Positions 1 to 10,611 of a stretch of DNA of 64,000 nucleotides are shown here, one piece after another. Where the stretch lies: contig JAUNJJ010000008.1 of the NCBI GenBank assembly GCA_030533325.1, forward strand, positions 9,219-73,218, given 5' to 3'. Position 1 is the first letter of the stretch. Each line of letters begins with the position of its first letter. Under the pieces are notes generated by a model, which was not told the origin of the DNA, made no database searches, and worked only from the letters and a program-made list of their open reading frames with translations. Source of the stretch: Oscillospiraceae bacterium (GTDB lineage: Bacteria; Bacillota; Clostridia; Oscillospirales; Ruminococcaceae). The translations under genes and the position numbers were made by a program.

Positions 1-2726
1 AAGCCAGAAATATTTCAAAATTTGCGGAAAAATCAGCAGGAGACATTGAAAAGCTTCGTCAGGGTATTATGATTGAAAACGCAGACAAGTACCTCAATCT
101 TATTTATCCTGAAAAGTCATCCATACTTGATTATATTGACGGCAGCATATACTTCAATGAATTCAGTCAGATAATTAACCGCATAAAGGGCATTCAGGGG
201 CAGTATACCGAAGATGTCAGGATAATGCTTGAAGACGGTGAGATGATTCGTTCTCTTTGCAGTCAGTATATGGATATTCAGGAACTGATTTCAGCCAGAG
301 AAAACAGTATATGTATATACATGAATACATTTTTCAGCGGAGCAGACAGAGTTCCTTACCGCCATATTGTAAGCTTTGAAGCAGTTCAGACTTCCACATG
401 GGGCGGAGAAATGCGTCAGCTTGAAGAGGATCTTCATTCATACTGTGACAACGGCTATAAAGTTATTCTTATGGCAGGAAGCGAGAAAACCCAGCCGATA
501 ATAGCAAATGACCTCAGGGAAAGCGGATTTTCAGTAAAAATACTTGATGAAAATACAGTTCCGGAGCCAGGCTGCGTTATGCTCATGTGCGGAAGTCTGT
601 CAGCAGGTTTTGACTATCCTGAAACCAGATACGCTCTTATATCACAGGCAAGAGCACTGAGTGCAAAGAGAAAAAAACTGAAAAACAGCAAGGCCGGAAG
701 GGAGCTTCGCGGACTTTCAGATGTAACTCCGGGAGATCTGGTGGTTCATGCACTCCACGGTATAGGCAGATTTGTCGGGATAAGAAAGCTTGAGCTTGAG
801 GGAGTGACCAAAGACTATATAACGATACAGTATGCCGGAAAGGATGTTCTCTATGTTCCGGTTACCCAGCTCGATATGGTATCGAAGTACATAGGCGGCC
901 GCGATGATACAGGAGTTAAGCTCAACAAGCTTTCATCAGCTGAGTGGCAGAAGACAAGAAATAATGTTAAGCGTGCCGTAAAGGACATGGCTGCAGAGCT
1001 CATTGCTCTTTACTCGAAACGTCTGAATACAGAAGGCTTTGCATTTTCGCCTGATGATGAAATGCAGAGAGACTTTGAAAACAGATTTCCTTTTGTTGAA
1101 ACTGATGACCAGCTGCGCAGTATAGAAGAAATAAAACGTGATATGGAGAGCGGGCATCCGATGGACAGACTGCTCTGCGGGGATGTAGGCTTCGGTAAAA
1201 CGGAAGTTGCATTTCGCGCTGCATTCAAATGTATGTTTGACGGAAAGCAGTGTGCGCTGCTTGCTCCTACCACAGTTCTTGCGTGGCAGCATTATCAGAC
1301 TGCACTTAAGCGTTTTGAACATTTTCCGGTAAAGATAGAACTTCTTTCACGTTTCAGAACACCTGCACAGCAGAGAGAAATTCTGAAGAAACTCAAAGAA
1401 GGAAAGATAGATATGGTTATCGGAACCCATCGTCTTGTACAGAAGGATGTGAAGTTCCGTGATCTCGGACTTGCGATTATAGACGAAGAGCAGCGTTTTG
1501 GAATAGCCCATAAGGAAAAATTCAAGGAAAACTTCATAGGTGTTGACGTTCTTACGCTTTCTGCTACTCCGATACCGAGAACGCTCAATATGGCGATGAG
1601 CGGTATCCGTGACATGTCAGTAATTGAAGAACCGCCGCAGGACCGTCATCCGGTTCAGACCTATGTTATCGAACACAACGAGTCTGTTCTGCTTCAGGCC
1701 ATTTCAAAGGAGCTTAAGCGAGGCGGTCAGGTTTACTATATTCACAACAGGGTTGAAACCATTGCGGGATGTGCGGCTAAACTTCAGGAGATGCTCCCGG
1801 ATGCAAGAATTACATTTGCACACGGACAGATGGGGGAAGAAGCTATGTCTGAGAGATGGAGACAGCTCCTTGATCATGAGATAGATATACTTGTTTCCAC
1901 TACCATTATAGAAACAGGTGTGGATGTCCCTAATGTAAATACACTTATTATCGAAGATGCCGACAGATTCGGACTTTCACAGCTCTATCAGCTCAGAGGA
2001 AGAGTTGGGCGTTCAAACAGAAGAGCCTATGCATATTTTACATTCAGAAGAGGCAAGGTGCTCAATGAAATTGCTTCAAAGCGACTTGAGGCTATACGCG
2101 AATTCACCCAGTTCGGAAGCGGTTTCAGAATTGCTCTTAGAGACCTTGAGATAAGGGGTGCCGGTACGATTCTTAACGGAAAACAGCACGGTCATATAGA
2201 AACCGTAGGTTATGAGATGTATCTTCAGCTTCTTTCGGAGGCTATTGCGGAAGAACGTGGTGAAAAGCCGGAAAGAGCAAGCGACTGTGTTGTGGATATC
2301 CAGATAGATGCACATATTCCGGAGACATATATCGAAAGTCTCGCACAGCGAATTGACGCATACAAGAAGATTGCAGTTATACATACAACTGAAGAGCGCA
2401 GTGATCTCCTTGATGAGTTCATTGACAGATACGGTGACCCTCCTAAGTCCATTATTGGTCTTCTGGATGTATCGCTCCTCCGAAATACAGCAGCCTGTCT
2501 TGGAATTACAGAAATCACACAGCGTAACGGAAATCTTCTGTTCTATATCGCATCACCTCTTATGTCACAGATAAAGGCACTGTCAGCGGCTTTTAAGGGA
2601 AGAGTGATGTTTAACAGCCTTGCCAAACCGTATATAAGCGTAAAGCTTGCTCCGCACCAGAAGCCGGAGACTCTTATCAGAGAAGTAATAGATATAATGA
2701 CCAGTTCAAAAACGGAGCAGAAATAA
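1..2726 (+). CDS. mfd: Transcription-repair coupling factor Mfd (5'-truncated by window start; frame open from nt 3)
   Basis: Superfamily-2 helicase motifs (GFGKTEVA Walker A, IIDEEQRFG DEEQ box, helicase C region) and a C-terminal TRCF-like region. No stop between nt 3 and the first Met at 69, so the protein continues upstream of the window. Confidence 0.9.
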   Translation, partial: ARNISKFAEKSAGDIEKLRQGIMIENADKYLNLIYPEKSSILDYIDGSIYFNEFSQIINRIKGIQGQYTEDVRIMLEDGEMIRSLCSQYMDIQELISARENSICIYMNTFFSGADRVPYRHIVSFEAVQTSTWGGEMRQLEEDLHSYCDNGYKVILMAGSEKTQPIIANDLRESGFSVKILDENTVPEPGCVMLMCGSLSAGFDYPETRYALISQARALSAKRKKLKNSKAGRELRGLSDVTPGDLVVHALHGIGRFVGIRKLELEGVTKDYITIQYAGKDVLYVPVTQLDMVSKYIGGRDDTGVKLNKLSSAEWQKTRNNVKRAVKDMAAELIALYSKRLNTEGFAFSPDDEMQRDFENRFPFVETDDQLRSIEEIKRDMESGHPMDRLLCGDVGFGKTEVAFRAAFKCMFDGKQCALLAPTTVLAWQHYQTALKRFEHFPVKIELLSRFRTPAQQREILKKLKEGKIDMVIGTHRLVQKDVKFRDLGLAIIDEEQRFGIAHKEKFKENFIGVDVLTLSATPIPRTLNMAMSGIRDMSVIEEPPQDRHPVQTYVIEHNESVLLQAISKELKRGGQVYYIHNRVETIAGCAAKLQEMLPDARITFAHGQMGEEAMSERWRQLLDHEIDILVSTTIIETGVDVPNVNTLIIEDADRFGLSQLYQLRGRVGRSNRRAYAYFTFRRGKVLNEIASKRLEAIREFTQFGSGFRIALRDLEIRGAGTILNGKQHGHIETVGYEMYLQLLSEAIAEERGEKPERASDCVVDIQIDAHIPETYIESLAQRIDAYKKIAVIHTTEERSDLLDEFIDRYGDPPKSIIGLLDVSLLRNTAACLGITEITQRNGNLLFYIASPLMSQIKALSAAFKGRVMFNSLAKPYISVKLAPHQKPETLIREVIDIMTSSKTEQK

Positions 2727-2853
2727 TCCCGATATATGCGTACAAATAAACAGGGCTTTATATTTGTATAAAATACATATGGATTTTTGTGCGCATTAAT
2801 GTTAAAATAAAACACAGAAAAATATCAATAACCTTCTGAAAGGAAAGATACAG

Positions 2854-3753
2854 ATGAAAAGAGAGATTATATCAGTGTTAGCCGTTTGTGCGGTTGCATT
2901 TTCAGTGGCATCGTGCAAATCCGGTACAGCAGAAGAGGGCAGCAAATCAGAAGAAATATCTTCAGAAGCGGTAACAACAGCAGCTGAACCTGAAGAAACT
3001 GAAGCAGAGGTAACAGAAGAGGAGCTTGTTGAGCCTGATTATCCTGTTTTTAATCCGGACCCGAATGCCATAACGTTTAACGACAGTGATGACCTTTATA
3101 CAGCTCACTGTATGGCACAGAAAAACTTTGAAAACGATGAATCAAACTGCAGACTTTCAGTTGCGGAATACAAAGGAGAAAGACAGCTGAAGATAGAGGT
3201 TCTCGATTTCAATGAAGAAAAGGGTATGTACAAGACTCCAAAGATTGTATTTGATATGGATGAGCTGGTAGGTACGGAAAATCTCAGTAAGGTAAAGAGT
3301 TTCAGTTGCGATATAACTCAGGTTGCCGTAGGTGAATTCAAGGGCGATGACGGTGAGATGATGCGTGTTCCGGGTAATCTCATGGGTACATTCGGCTCAG
3401 TTGTGGGTGAGGAATGTAAGGACTGGTATCAGCCGGCAGGCTCATCAAATGAATATGCACAGGCAGAGTGGAATTTTGAATGGGAGTATCTTCATGTGGA
3501 AGGCAAGTGGCTTCTTAAGGGATTTGTCGACGGAACCACGGATTCAACACTCGTTTTCATGAGATGGAGTATTCCGAATCAGGCAGATATTTATCTTGAC
3601 AATATCACTTTCTATGATGAGGACGGGAATTCCATTCCGATTGTATACAAACCTGGTGAAACTCCGGATGATGAAGGTTCAGAACAGCCTGAAGAAGGTG
3701 AAACTGAAACAGCAGATACATCGGATGAAACCACTGAGGAAACTGCAGATTAA
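2854..3753 (+). CDS. Acidic secreted lipoprotein, function unknown
   Basis: Signal peptide with lipobox (AVAFSVASC); Glu/Thr-rich low-complexity N- and C-terminal tails; a GGAAAG ribosome binding site upstream. Confidence 0.6.
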   Translation: MKREIISVLAVCAVAFSVASCKSGTAEEGSKSEEISSEAVTTAAEPEETEAEVTEEELVEPDYPVFNPDPNAITFNDSDDLYTAHCMAQKNFENDESNCRLSVAEYKGERQLKIEVLDFNEEKGMYKTPKIVFDMDELVGTENLSKVKSFSCDITQVAVGEFKGDDGEMMRVPGNLMGTFGSVVGEECKDWYQPAGSSNEYAQAEWNFEWEYLHVEGKWLLKGFVDGTTDSTLVFMRWSIPNQADIYLDNITFYDEDGNSIPIVYKPGETPDDEGSEQPEEGETETADTSDETTEETAD

Positions 3754-3782
3754 TACTCAGTTAAAAGCTGTACCGAATTTCA

Positions 3783-4880
3783 GTGCAGCTTTTTTGTGTG
3801 AGAAAGGAGATGTTTACTTTGGAGACTATACAGTACAAATGTCCGAACTGTGACGGTCCGCTGGAATACAGAGCGGACATTCAGAAATTTGGCTGTGAAT
3901 ACTGCGACAGCACGTTTACAAATGAAGAAGTCAGAAAGATGTTTAAGGACAACGAAAATACTGATTTGTCTCAGAATATTGATGAAACTGCCGGAGATGA
4001 CGACTTTCAGAACGGCAATCTTTATTCCTGCACAAGCTGCGGTGCCGAGATAATGACAGACGCGGAAACTGCAGCAACCTTCTGCGTTTACTGTCACAAT
4101 CCGGTTATACTTAAGGGAAGACTTTCAGGTGATTATCGCCCGTCAAAGGTTCTTCCTTTTGAGCTTGACAGGGAAAAGGCACTTGAAATATTCAAGGCAG
4201 AGATGGGAAGGAAAAAGTTCACTCCTTCTGACTTTATGTCAGAACAGACACTTGAAAAAATGAGCGGGATCTATGTTCCGTTCTGGCTTGCTGACTGCCG
4301 GACCACAGCATCAATGTCAGGAACGGGAAAACAGATAAGAACCTGGACTCAGGGCAAATATCAGTACACTGAAACAAAGGAATATGCCGTTGAACGAAGG
4401 GCGAGTATTGTATGCAGAGGTGTTCCTGCTGACGGTGCAAGTAAAATTGACGATGATCTTATGGATGCGACAGAACCTTTTGACTACAGCAGGATGCAGG
4501 ATTTTTCGATGTCGTATCTTTCGGGATTTTTAGCAGACCGATATGATGTTGATAAGGGTGAAGTATTTCCGAGGATAAGAGAAAAGGTTGAGTCCGCCTC
4601 AAAAAGTCTGCTTAATGAATCGGTTTCAGGATATTCCAGTTTTTCAGCAACGAATAAAAATATAAATATTTCCGGAACGGAATGGAAGTATGCCCTTCTC
4701 CCTGTATGGTTTATGACATACAAATACAGAGGCAGGATGTATGAATTTGCTGTTAATGGTCAGAGCGGAAAACTTGCGGGAAATCCGCCTCTTTCAGTCA
4801 GAAAGCTTCTGGTATTCGCAGCACTGCTCTGTATTGGGATTGCCGTTTTAACAGGACTGGGAGGTGCATTGCTTCTATGA
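3783..4880 (+). CDS. Double zinc-ribbon membrane protein (hypothetical); true start may be ATG 3810
   Basis: Two CxxC...CxxC pairs (CPNCDG..CEYCDS; CTSCGA..CVYCHN) and a C-terminal transmembrane helix. Its stop overlaps the start of the next gene (ATGA), which suggests translational coupling. Confidence 0.55.
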   Translation: MQLFCVRKEMFTLETIQYKCPNCDGPLEYRADIQKFGCEYCDSTFTNEEVRKMFKDNENTDLSQNIDETAGDDDFQNGNLYSCTSCGAEIMTDAETAATFCVYCHNPVILKGRLSGDYRPSKVLPFELDREKALEIFKAEMGRKKFTPSDFMSEQTLEKMSGIYVPFWLADCRTTASMSGTGKQIRTWTQGKYQYTETKEYAVERRASIVCRGVPADGASKIDDDLMDATEPFDYSRMQDFSMSYLSGFLADRYDVDKGEVFPRIREKVESASKSLLNESVSGYSSFSATNKNINISGTEWKYALLPVWFMTYKYRGRMYEFAVNGQSGKLAGNPPLSVRKLLVFAALLCIGIAVLTGLGGALLL

Positions 4881-5620
4881 GAATAATGAAGAAAACAGCT
4901 GTACTGGTTATGATGATGTTAATGCTTGTGTTCGGAGCCTGTGCAGTTTCCGCATCCGGGGGAAGCCATGTATTTGACTATGATAATTCGCTTTCCGATG
5001 AGGAGGAAAAACTTCTCGATGAAAGCATAAAGCAGGCAGAACAGAAATACGGACTTAATATTGCCATAGTCATAACAGATGATCTCGGCACGAAGAGTTC
5101 CATGGAGTATGCGGATGACTTTTATGACGATATGTTCGGAATTAATACTGACGGCATACTTTTTCTTATGGATAATGATACTCAGTGGGATCATATTTCC
5201 ACCAGCGGACGTGCAATAAGCATGTACAGTGAATCCTACATAGACCGTATGTTTTCAGCAGTTACACCGGCGTTAAAGCGAGGCAGTTATTTTGAGGCTT
5301 CCGTAAAATTTCTTGATATGCTTGATACTGGAAAAGGTTTCCGGACGGCTTTCTTTCATTATCTTCCTTACGGGCTGATTGCGGGTGTAATCATTTCCCT
5401 GATAGCATGTGCAGTTGTTGTACACTCATATAAGACAAAAAGAAAAGTTAGTCCAAGGAGCTATATAACGGAAAATGAGACACATTTTACTGTTAAGCAG
5501 GACAGATATGTGCGTCAGTATACAACCAAGGTGAAGATAGAATCAGATTCTTCATCCGGAGGAGGTACTCATACAAGCAGCAGCGGAGGTACCCACGGCG
5601 GACATTCGCATCACAGATAA
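4877..5620 (+). CDS. TPM-domain (DUF477/YgcG-like) membrane protein with Gly/Ser/His-rich tail
   Basis: Signal peptide, a TPM-like core (LNIAIVITDDLG...), a C-terminal transmembrane helix and a GGTHxSSSGG tail; overlaps the upstream gene by 4 nt. Confidence 0.6.
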   Translation: MRIMKKTAVLVMMMLMLVFGACAVSASGGSHVFDYDNSLSDEEEKLLDESIKQAEQKYGLNIAIVITDDLGTKSSMEYADDFYDDMFGINTDGILFLMDNDTQWDHISTSGRAISMYSESYIDRMFSAVTPALKRGSYFEASVKFLDMLDTGKGFRTAFFHYLPYGLIAGVIISLIACAVVVHSYKTKRKVSPRSYITENETHFTVKQDRYVRQYTTKVKIESDSSSGGGTHTSSSGGTHGGHSHHR

Positions 5621-5629
5621 ACAAAGACC

Positions 5630-5665
5630 TGTGTTCACAGAGGGACACAGGTCTTTGTTTATATT
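5630..5665. terminator. Bidirectional intrinsic terminator between convergent TPM gene and nifS
   Basis: Inverted repeat aaagacctgtgt / acacaggtcttt flanked by A-run on one side and T-run on the other. Confidence 0.6.
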
Positions 5666-6819
5666 TTTCTGAGTATTTCGTTCAGAACATCAGCTATATA
5701 GTCTGCATCATCAGCAGAGCTGAGGTGATCAAATGAAAATCTCAGTGATGAGTATGCAGCTGCGTCTGAAAGCCCCATTGCCTTCAGCACATGGGAGGGT
5801 TCAGAACTTCCGGAAGTGCATGCGGAACCGGCTGAGGCGCAGATTCCTTTAAGGTCAAGCATGAGAAGGATTTGTTCACCGTCGGCCCCTTTTACTGATA
5901 TGTTTGATATACCGGGAAGACGGGTTCCGTTAATTCCGTTTACTGATATTTTTTTTGATTCAAGCAGCCTGCTTTCGAGATGGTTTCGGATTTTTTCTGT
6001 GTGTCTGCGGTTTGCATCCATATCGGATGAAAGATTTTCAAATGCAGCACCCAGTCCGACAATTGCTGCTGTATTTTCAGTTCCGGGACGAAGGGCGTTT
6101 TCCTGCACACCGCCGAACATAAGATTTGAGATATTGGTTCCCTTTCTTATGTACAGTATTCCGATACCTTTGGGGGCGTGAAGTTTATGACCGGAAACTG
6201 ACAGAAGGCTTATATTCTGTTCATGGACATTTATCCTGAGATGTCCGGCTGCCTGTACTGCGTCGGTGTGGAACGGAATCCCGTATCTCCGGCATATTTC
6301 TCCGGTTTCTGAGACAGGCTGTATCACCCCGGTTTCGTTGCAGGCATACATAAGACTGACCAGAGCTGTTTCCGGAGTTATCGCTTTTTCGATATCTGCC
6401 GGATCTACTGTTCCTGATGAGTCTGCCGGGATATATGTTATCCTGTATCCTTTTTTCTCAAGAAATCTGCATGTGTTCAGAACAGCATGATGTTCTATGG
6501 CCGAAGTAATTATGTGGTTCTTTTCAGAACCGGCAGATTCACATATTCCCCGTACTGCCCAGTTATCCGACTCAGTTCCGCCGGATGTGAAGAAGATTTC
6601 TTCAGGACTGCATGAAATAGCAGCTGCAATCTGTTCCCGTGCTGTTTCAACCGCAGTTCTGGCTTTTCTCCCGATGCTGTATACGGAAGATGCATTTCCG
6701 TACTGTTCAGTGAGAAACGGGAGCATTTTTTCAAGTACATATGGGGATATTGCAGTGGTTGCGGCATTGTCTGCATAAACAAAACGTTTTTCCATTCTTC
6801 TACCTGCTGAATATGTCAC
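5659..6819 (-). CDS. nifS: Cysteine desulfurase (NifS/IscS family, class V aminotransferase)
   Basis: PLP-lysine motif [19 protein letters not shown] and the catalytic Cys loop GSACTSGS. Confidence 0.85.
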   Translation of the reverse strand: MTYSAGRRMEKRFVYADNAATTAISPYVLEKMLPFLTEQYGNASSVYSIGRKARTAVETAREQIAAAISCSPEEIFFTSGGTESDNWAVRGICESAGSEKNHIITSAIEHHAVLNTCRFLEKKGYRITYIPADSSGTVDPADIEKAITPETALVSLMYACNETGVIQPVSETGEICRRYGIPFHTDAVQAAGHLRINVHEQNISLLSVSGHKLHAPKGIGILYIRKGTNISNLMFGGVQENALRPGTENTAAIVGLGAAFENLSSDMDANRRHTEKIRNHLESRLLESKKISVNGINGTRLPGISNISVKGADGEQILLMLDLKGICASAGSACTSGSSEPSHVLKAMGLSDAAAYSSLRFSFDHLSSADDADYIADVLNEILRKI

Positions 6820-7249
6820 GCTGTATTACGGCAAGTCTGTCGCAACGTTCGTTTTCCGGGTGTCCGTTATGTCCTCTTACCCAGATGAATTCAACTTCGT
6901 GTTTCCGTATAAGAGGAAGCAGCTGCTTCCACAGGTCAGCATTGGGAACCGGTTTTGATCTTTCCTTAATCCAGTTCTTTTTCTCCCAGCTAAAAAGCCA
7001 TCCCTTTGTTACGCTGTTTACAACATACTGGCTGTCAGTGGTAAGTGTAACCCTGCACGGTTCCTTCAGTGCTGCCAGTGCAGTTATAACTGCAGTGAGT
7101 TCCATACGGTTGTTTGTTGTCTGAGCTTCGCCGCCGGAAAGTTCCTTTTCATGTTCGCCGTATCTGAGAATTGCTCCCCAGCCGCCCGGTCCGGGATTTC
7201 CGCTGCATGCTCCGTCTGTGAATATTTTAACTGTTTTTTTATTTTCCAT
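6800..7249 (-). CDS. rnhA: Ribonuclease HI
   Basis: [19 protein letters not shown]-terminus and the conserved RNase H fold motifs ([21 protein letters not shown]); overlaps the start of nifS by 20 nt (likely one operon). Confidence 0.85.
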   Translation of the reverse strand: MENKKTVKIFTDGACSGNPGPGGWGAILRYGEHEKELSGGEAQTTNNRMELTAVITALAALKEPCRVTLTTDSQYVVNSVTKGWLFSWEKKNWIKERSKPVPNADLWKQLLPLIRKHEVEFIWVRGHNGHPENERCDRLAVIQRDIFSR

Positions 7250-7416
7250 GATTTTTTCTCCAAGTTCAGTATAATATTATTATATCTCATATATGAAATT
7301 TGTTCAAGTTGTTTTTTTTACGGGGATTGAATTAATTAAGATTATGTGATATAATTAATTTAAGAAAACGTTTACTTAAATAATTGTTTTTTTAATGAAT
7401 TGAAAGGGTGTATGTA

Positions 7417-9342
7417 ATGAATCTGATGAAATTTTTGAGTGCTGCATCTGCAATTATTCTTTCAGCGAACAGTGCTGCTGTTCCGGCAGGAATTAATACT
7501 GTGTCAGATGCTGCTGAAGACAACAGCATTAAGTATGAATTTGAAGACGGAAAAACTGAAGGCGGAAAGATTTATTCCGATGGTGCTTCTGATGTTGACC
7601 TGAGTGACTGGCCGGAAGGAACGGATCTCAGCGGATTTTCCGGCAAGGGATTTTCCTATCTTGACCAGAAGGGTACTACTGTAAGTGTTGAAGTTGATAT
7701 GCCGGAAGCCGGTCTTTATGAACTTACTGTATGTTACTGCGAACCAAGTGATCCGAACAAAAAGGTTCAGTATCTTAATATAAACGGCGTAAATCAGGGA
7801 GAACTTACCTGTCCTTATACTCCTGTATTTAAAGAAACATCAGGTGGTGTTGTAAATCTTAAGAAGGGTAAGAATACTATCGAACTTAAGGCTTACTGGG
7901 GATATACATTCTTTGACTACATAAAACTTAAGCCGGCAAGTGAAAAACTTACAAATCTTTCACCGACACGCAACCTCTGTACTCCAAACGCCTCCGAATC
8001 TGCACAGAGACTTTACAGCTATCTCTGCGATGTTTACGGAAAGCACATCCTTGCAGGACAGCAGGAATACTGCGGTGAGCATAACTACAATCTCTGGAAT
8101 GATCCTGATACATTTATAAAGGATAACGAGGCTGAATTTGAGTATATCAAGGATAAAACCGGTGAAATGCCTGCAGTCCGCGGTATAGATTTTCTTGCTT
8201 ATAATACAACTTCTGACTGGAGAGACCATGCTCCGGAAAGAGTTATTGAGTGGGTAAATGAATATAACGGAATTGCCACTGTTACATGGCACTGGAATGT
8301 TCCGTGCGAGGAGGGCAGCGATACAACTGCGTTCTACGTTGAGTCAACCGGTAACACACCTTTTACAACTTTCAGCATAACAAATGCTGTTACAGAGGGT
8401 ACATGGGAACATGAAAAAATACTTGCTGATATTGATCTTATCGCGACAGAAATGCTGAAGCTTAAGGAAGCTGATGTTCCGGTTTTATGGAGACCGCTTC
8501 ATGAAGCCGAAGGCGGCTGGTTCTGGTGGGGTGCAGAAGGTGCTGAACCTTGTAAAAAGCTTTACAGACTTCTCTACGACAAGCTGACAAATGAATATGG
8601 TCTGAATAACCTTATATGGATATGGACAGGTTCAACTTCACCTGCATCTTCAGACTGGTATCCTGGTGACGATGTGGTTGATATTGTTGGCTATGACAAA
8701 TACAATGCAGCAGACGGAAAGCCGAATCTCAGCTCCATAGCATCAACATTCTACAGCCTTGTTCAGAGTACTGACGGCGAAAAGATGGTTGCTATGACGG
8801 AAAACGATTCTATTCCTTCTCTTGAAAATCTTCTGAACGACAAGGCAGCCTGGCTTTACTTCTGCCCGTGGTACATGAACTACCTTACAAGCGAGCAGAA
8901 CAATCCTGTTGACAATCTTATAGAAATTTATCAGAGCGATTACTGTATTACACTTGATGAACTTCCTGACCTTAAGACATACCCGATAAACGGTGCAGGA
9001 AGCGGTGAACCTGTTGTAACCGGTAAACCGGCAGTAACGACTAAACCGGATGTTACGTCAGAACCGTCCACAACTGAAGAACCTTCTACGACTGAGAAAC
9101 CTTCAGTTACTTCCGGTACATCTTCTGAGGTTATGTACGGCGATGTGGACGGAAACGGAAAAATTGATGTTACTGACCTTTCATATCTCAGCATATATCT
9201 TATAGGAGAGGGAAAATTCACTGATGACCAGATGAAAGCAGCTGATGTTGACTGTGACGGCGGTGTAAAACTTTCAGACCTTGCACGTTTAAGACAGTAT
9301 CTTTCAAGAATTGAAGGAGTTACACTCGGACCTAAGAAGTAA
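7417..9342 (+). CDS. Cellulosomal GH26 beta-mannanase with N-terminal carbohydrate-binding module and C-terminal type-I dockerin
   Basis: GH26 signature WRPLHEAEGGWFWWG; signal peptide; Thr/Pro/Glu linker; dockerin duplicated Ca-loops (DVDGNGKIDVTDL / DVDCDGGVKLSDL). The ATG at 7417 has an AAAGGGTG ribosome binding site; the ORF-track GTG at 7408 is less likely. Confidence 0.85.
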   Translation: MNLMKFLSAASAIILSANSAAVPAGINTVSDAAEDNSIKYEFEDGKTEGGKIYSDGASDVDLSDWPEGTDLSGFSGKGFSYLDQKGTTVSVEVDMPEAGLYELTVCYCEPSDPNKKVQYLNINGVNQGELTCPYTPVFKETSGGVVNLKKGKNTIELKAYWGYTFFDYIKLKPASEKLTNLSPTRNLCTPNASESAQRLYSYLCDVYGKHILAGQQEYCGEHNYNLWNDPDTFIKDNEAEFEYIKDKTGEMPAVRGIDFLAYNTTSDWRDHAPERVIEWVNEYNGIATVTWHWNVPCEEGSDTTAFYVESTGNTPFTTFSITNAVTEGTWEHEKILADIDLIATEMLKLKEADVPVLWRPLHEAEGGWFWWGAEGAEPCKKLYRLLYDKLTNEYGLNNLIWIWTGSTSPASSDWYPGDDVVDIVGYDKYNAADGKPNLSSIASTFYSLVQSTDGEKMVAMTENDSIPSLENLLNDKAAWLYFCPWYMNYLTSEQNNPVDNLIEIYQSDYCITLDELPDLKTYPINGAGSGEPVVTGKPAVTTKPDVTSEPSTTEEPSTTEKPSVTSGTSSEVMYGDVDGNGKIDVTDLSYLSIYLIGEGKFTDDQMKAADVDCDGGVKLSDLARLRQYLSRIEGVTLGPKK

Positions 9343-9352
9343 TTATATAAAG

Positions 9353-9384
9353 AAAGAGCAGCTCATTTGAGCTGCTCTTTCTTT
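9353..9384. terminator. Bidirectional terminator between GH26 gene and serA
   Basis: aaagagcagctc-ttt-gagctgctcttt hairpin with flanking A/T runs. Confidence 0.6.
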
Positions 9385-9427
9385 ATAATATGGAAATATG
9401 TTATGATTGATAATGTCGATAGTTTAA

Positions 9428-10606
9428 TTATCTGATAACTCTCACTCTGATAACATTTTCAACTGAAGCAAGCTTGCTTTCTGTATCAGCATCAACGCTC
9501 TTGCCTGTTGCATCGATTACTGTGTAAGCAAAGTCTTTCTTGCTGTTGCTTATCATGTTTTCGATGTTGATACCGGCTGCGCCCAGTGTTGAAGTAATCT
9601 TTGAGATTGTATCAGGAACGTTCTTGTGGATGATACAGATCTTCTCACCTGTAGCAACCATCTCTGCGTTAGGGAGGTTTACAGAGTTTCTGATGTTTCC
9701 GTTTTCGATGTAGTCGATAAGTTCTTCAGCTGCCATAACTGCGCAGTTATCTTCGCTTTCAGGTGTTGAAGCACCAAGGTGAGGGAGAGCAACAACGTTC
9801 TTTGCACCGATTACTTCAGCACTTGGGAAGTCAGTTACATAGCATGCAACCTTGCCGCTTTCGAGGGCACTGAGGATTGAAGGTGTGTCAACGAGTTCGC
9901 CTCTTGCGAAGTTGAGGATTCTTACGCCGTCCTTCATTGTGCTGATTGCTTCGCCGTTGATGAAGCCCTTTGTATCAGCATTGAACGGAACGTGGATTGT
10001 GAGGTAATCGCAGCATTCAAATACTTCCTTCTGTGAAGGAACAACGCTTACCTTTCTTGAGAGCTTGAGAGCAGCATTTACAGAAAGGAACGGGTCAGTA
10101 CCTACTACCTTCATACCGAGTGAAACGGCAGCATTTGCCACGAGGATACCGATAGCACCGAGACCGATGATACCGAGTGTCTTGCCCTGAATCTCAGGAC
10201 CTGCAAACTGTGACTTGCCTTTTTCAACGAGCTTGCCAACCTGGTCGCCTTCGTTTTTAAGTGAAGGAACCCATGCAAGTGCGTCAGCGAGCTTTCTTGA
10301 TGAAAGGAGAAGACCTGCGATAACGAGTTCCTTAACTGCGTTTGCGTTTGCACCAGGTGTGTTGAATACGCAGATACCCTGTTCAGCACATTTTTCAACC
10401 GGAATGTTGTTTACACCGGCACCTGCTCTTGCGATTGCAAGGAGGTTTGAGCCGAATTCCATGTCGTGCATTGCAGCGGAACGAACCATTATTGCATCAG
10501 GATTAGCCTGTGTGTCTGCAACTGTATATTTTGCCTTGTCAAAAACATCTGTACCGCATGAAGCGATTTTGTTTAATGTCTGAATATTGTACATGACTGC
10601 CTCCAA
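9428..10606 (-). CDS. serA: D-3-phosphoglycerate dehydrogenase (with C-terminal ACT domain)
   Basis: 2-hydroxyacid dehydrogenase NAD-binding motif GIIGLGAIG, catalytic region and a C-terminal ACT-like segment; adjacent to serC. Confidence 0.85.
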   Translation of the reverse strand: MEAVMYNIQTLNKIASCGTDVFDKAKYTVADTQANPDAIMVRSAAMHDMEFGSNLLAIARAGAGVNNIPVEKCAEQGICVFNTPGANANAVKELVIAGLLLSSRKLADALAWVPSLKNEGDQVGKLVEKGKSQFAGPEIQGKTLGIIGLGAIGILVANAAVSLGMKVVGTDPFLSVNAALKLSRKVSVVPSQKEVFECCDYLTIHVPFNADTKGFINGEAISTMKDGVRILNFARGELVDTPSILSALESGKVACYVTDFPSAEVIGAKNVVALPHLGASTPESEDNCAVMAAEELIDYIENGNIRNSVNLPNAEMVATGEKICIIHKNVPDTISKITSTLGAAGINIENMISNSKKDFAYTVIDATGKSVDADTESKLASVENVIRVRVIR

Positions 10607-10611
10607 ATTAA

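Noticed and set aside
936-2815. Several 60-130-aa ORFs on both strands inside mfd
   Set aside because: Nested within a well-supported 885-aa helicase ORF; low-complexity translations; no ribosome binding sites.
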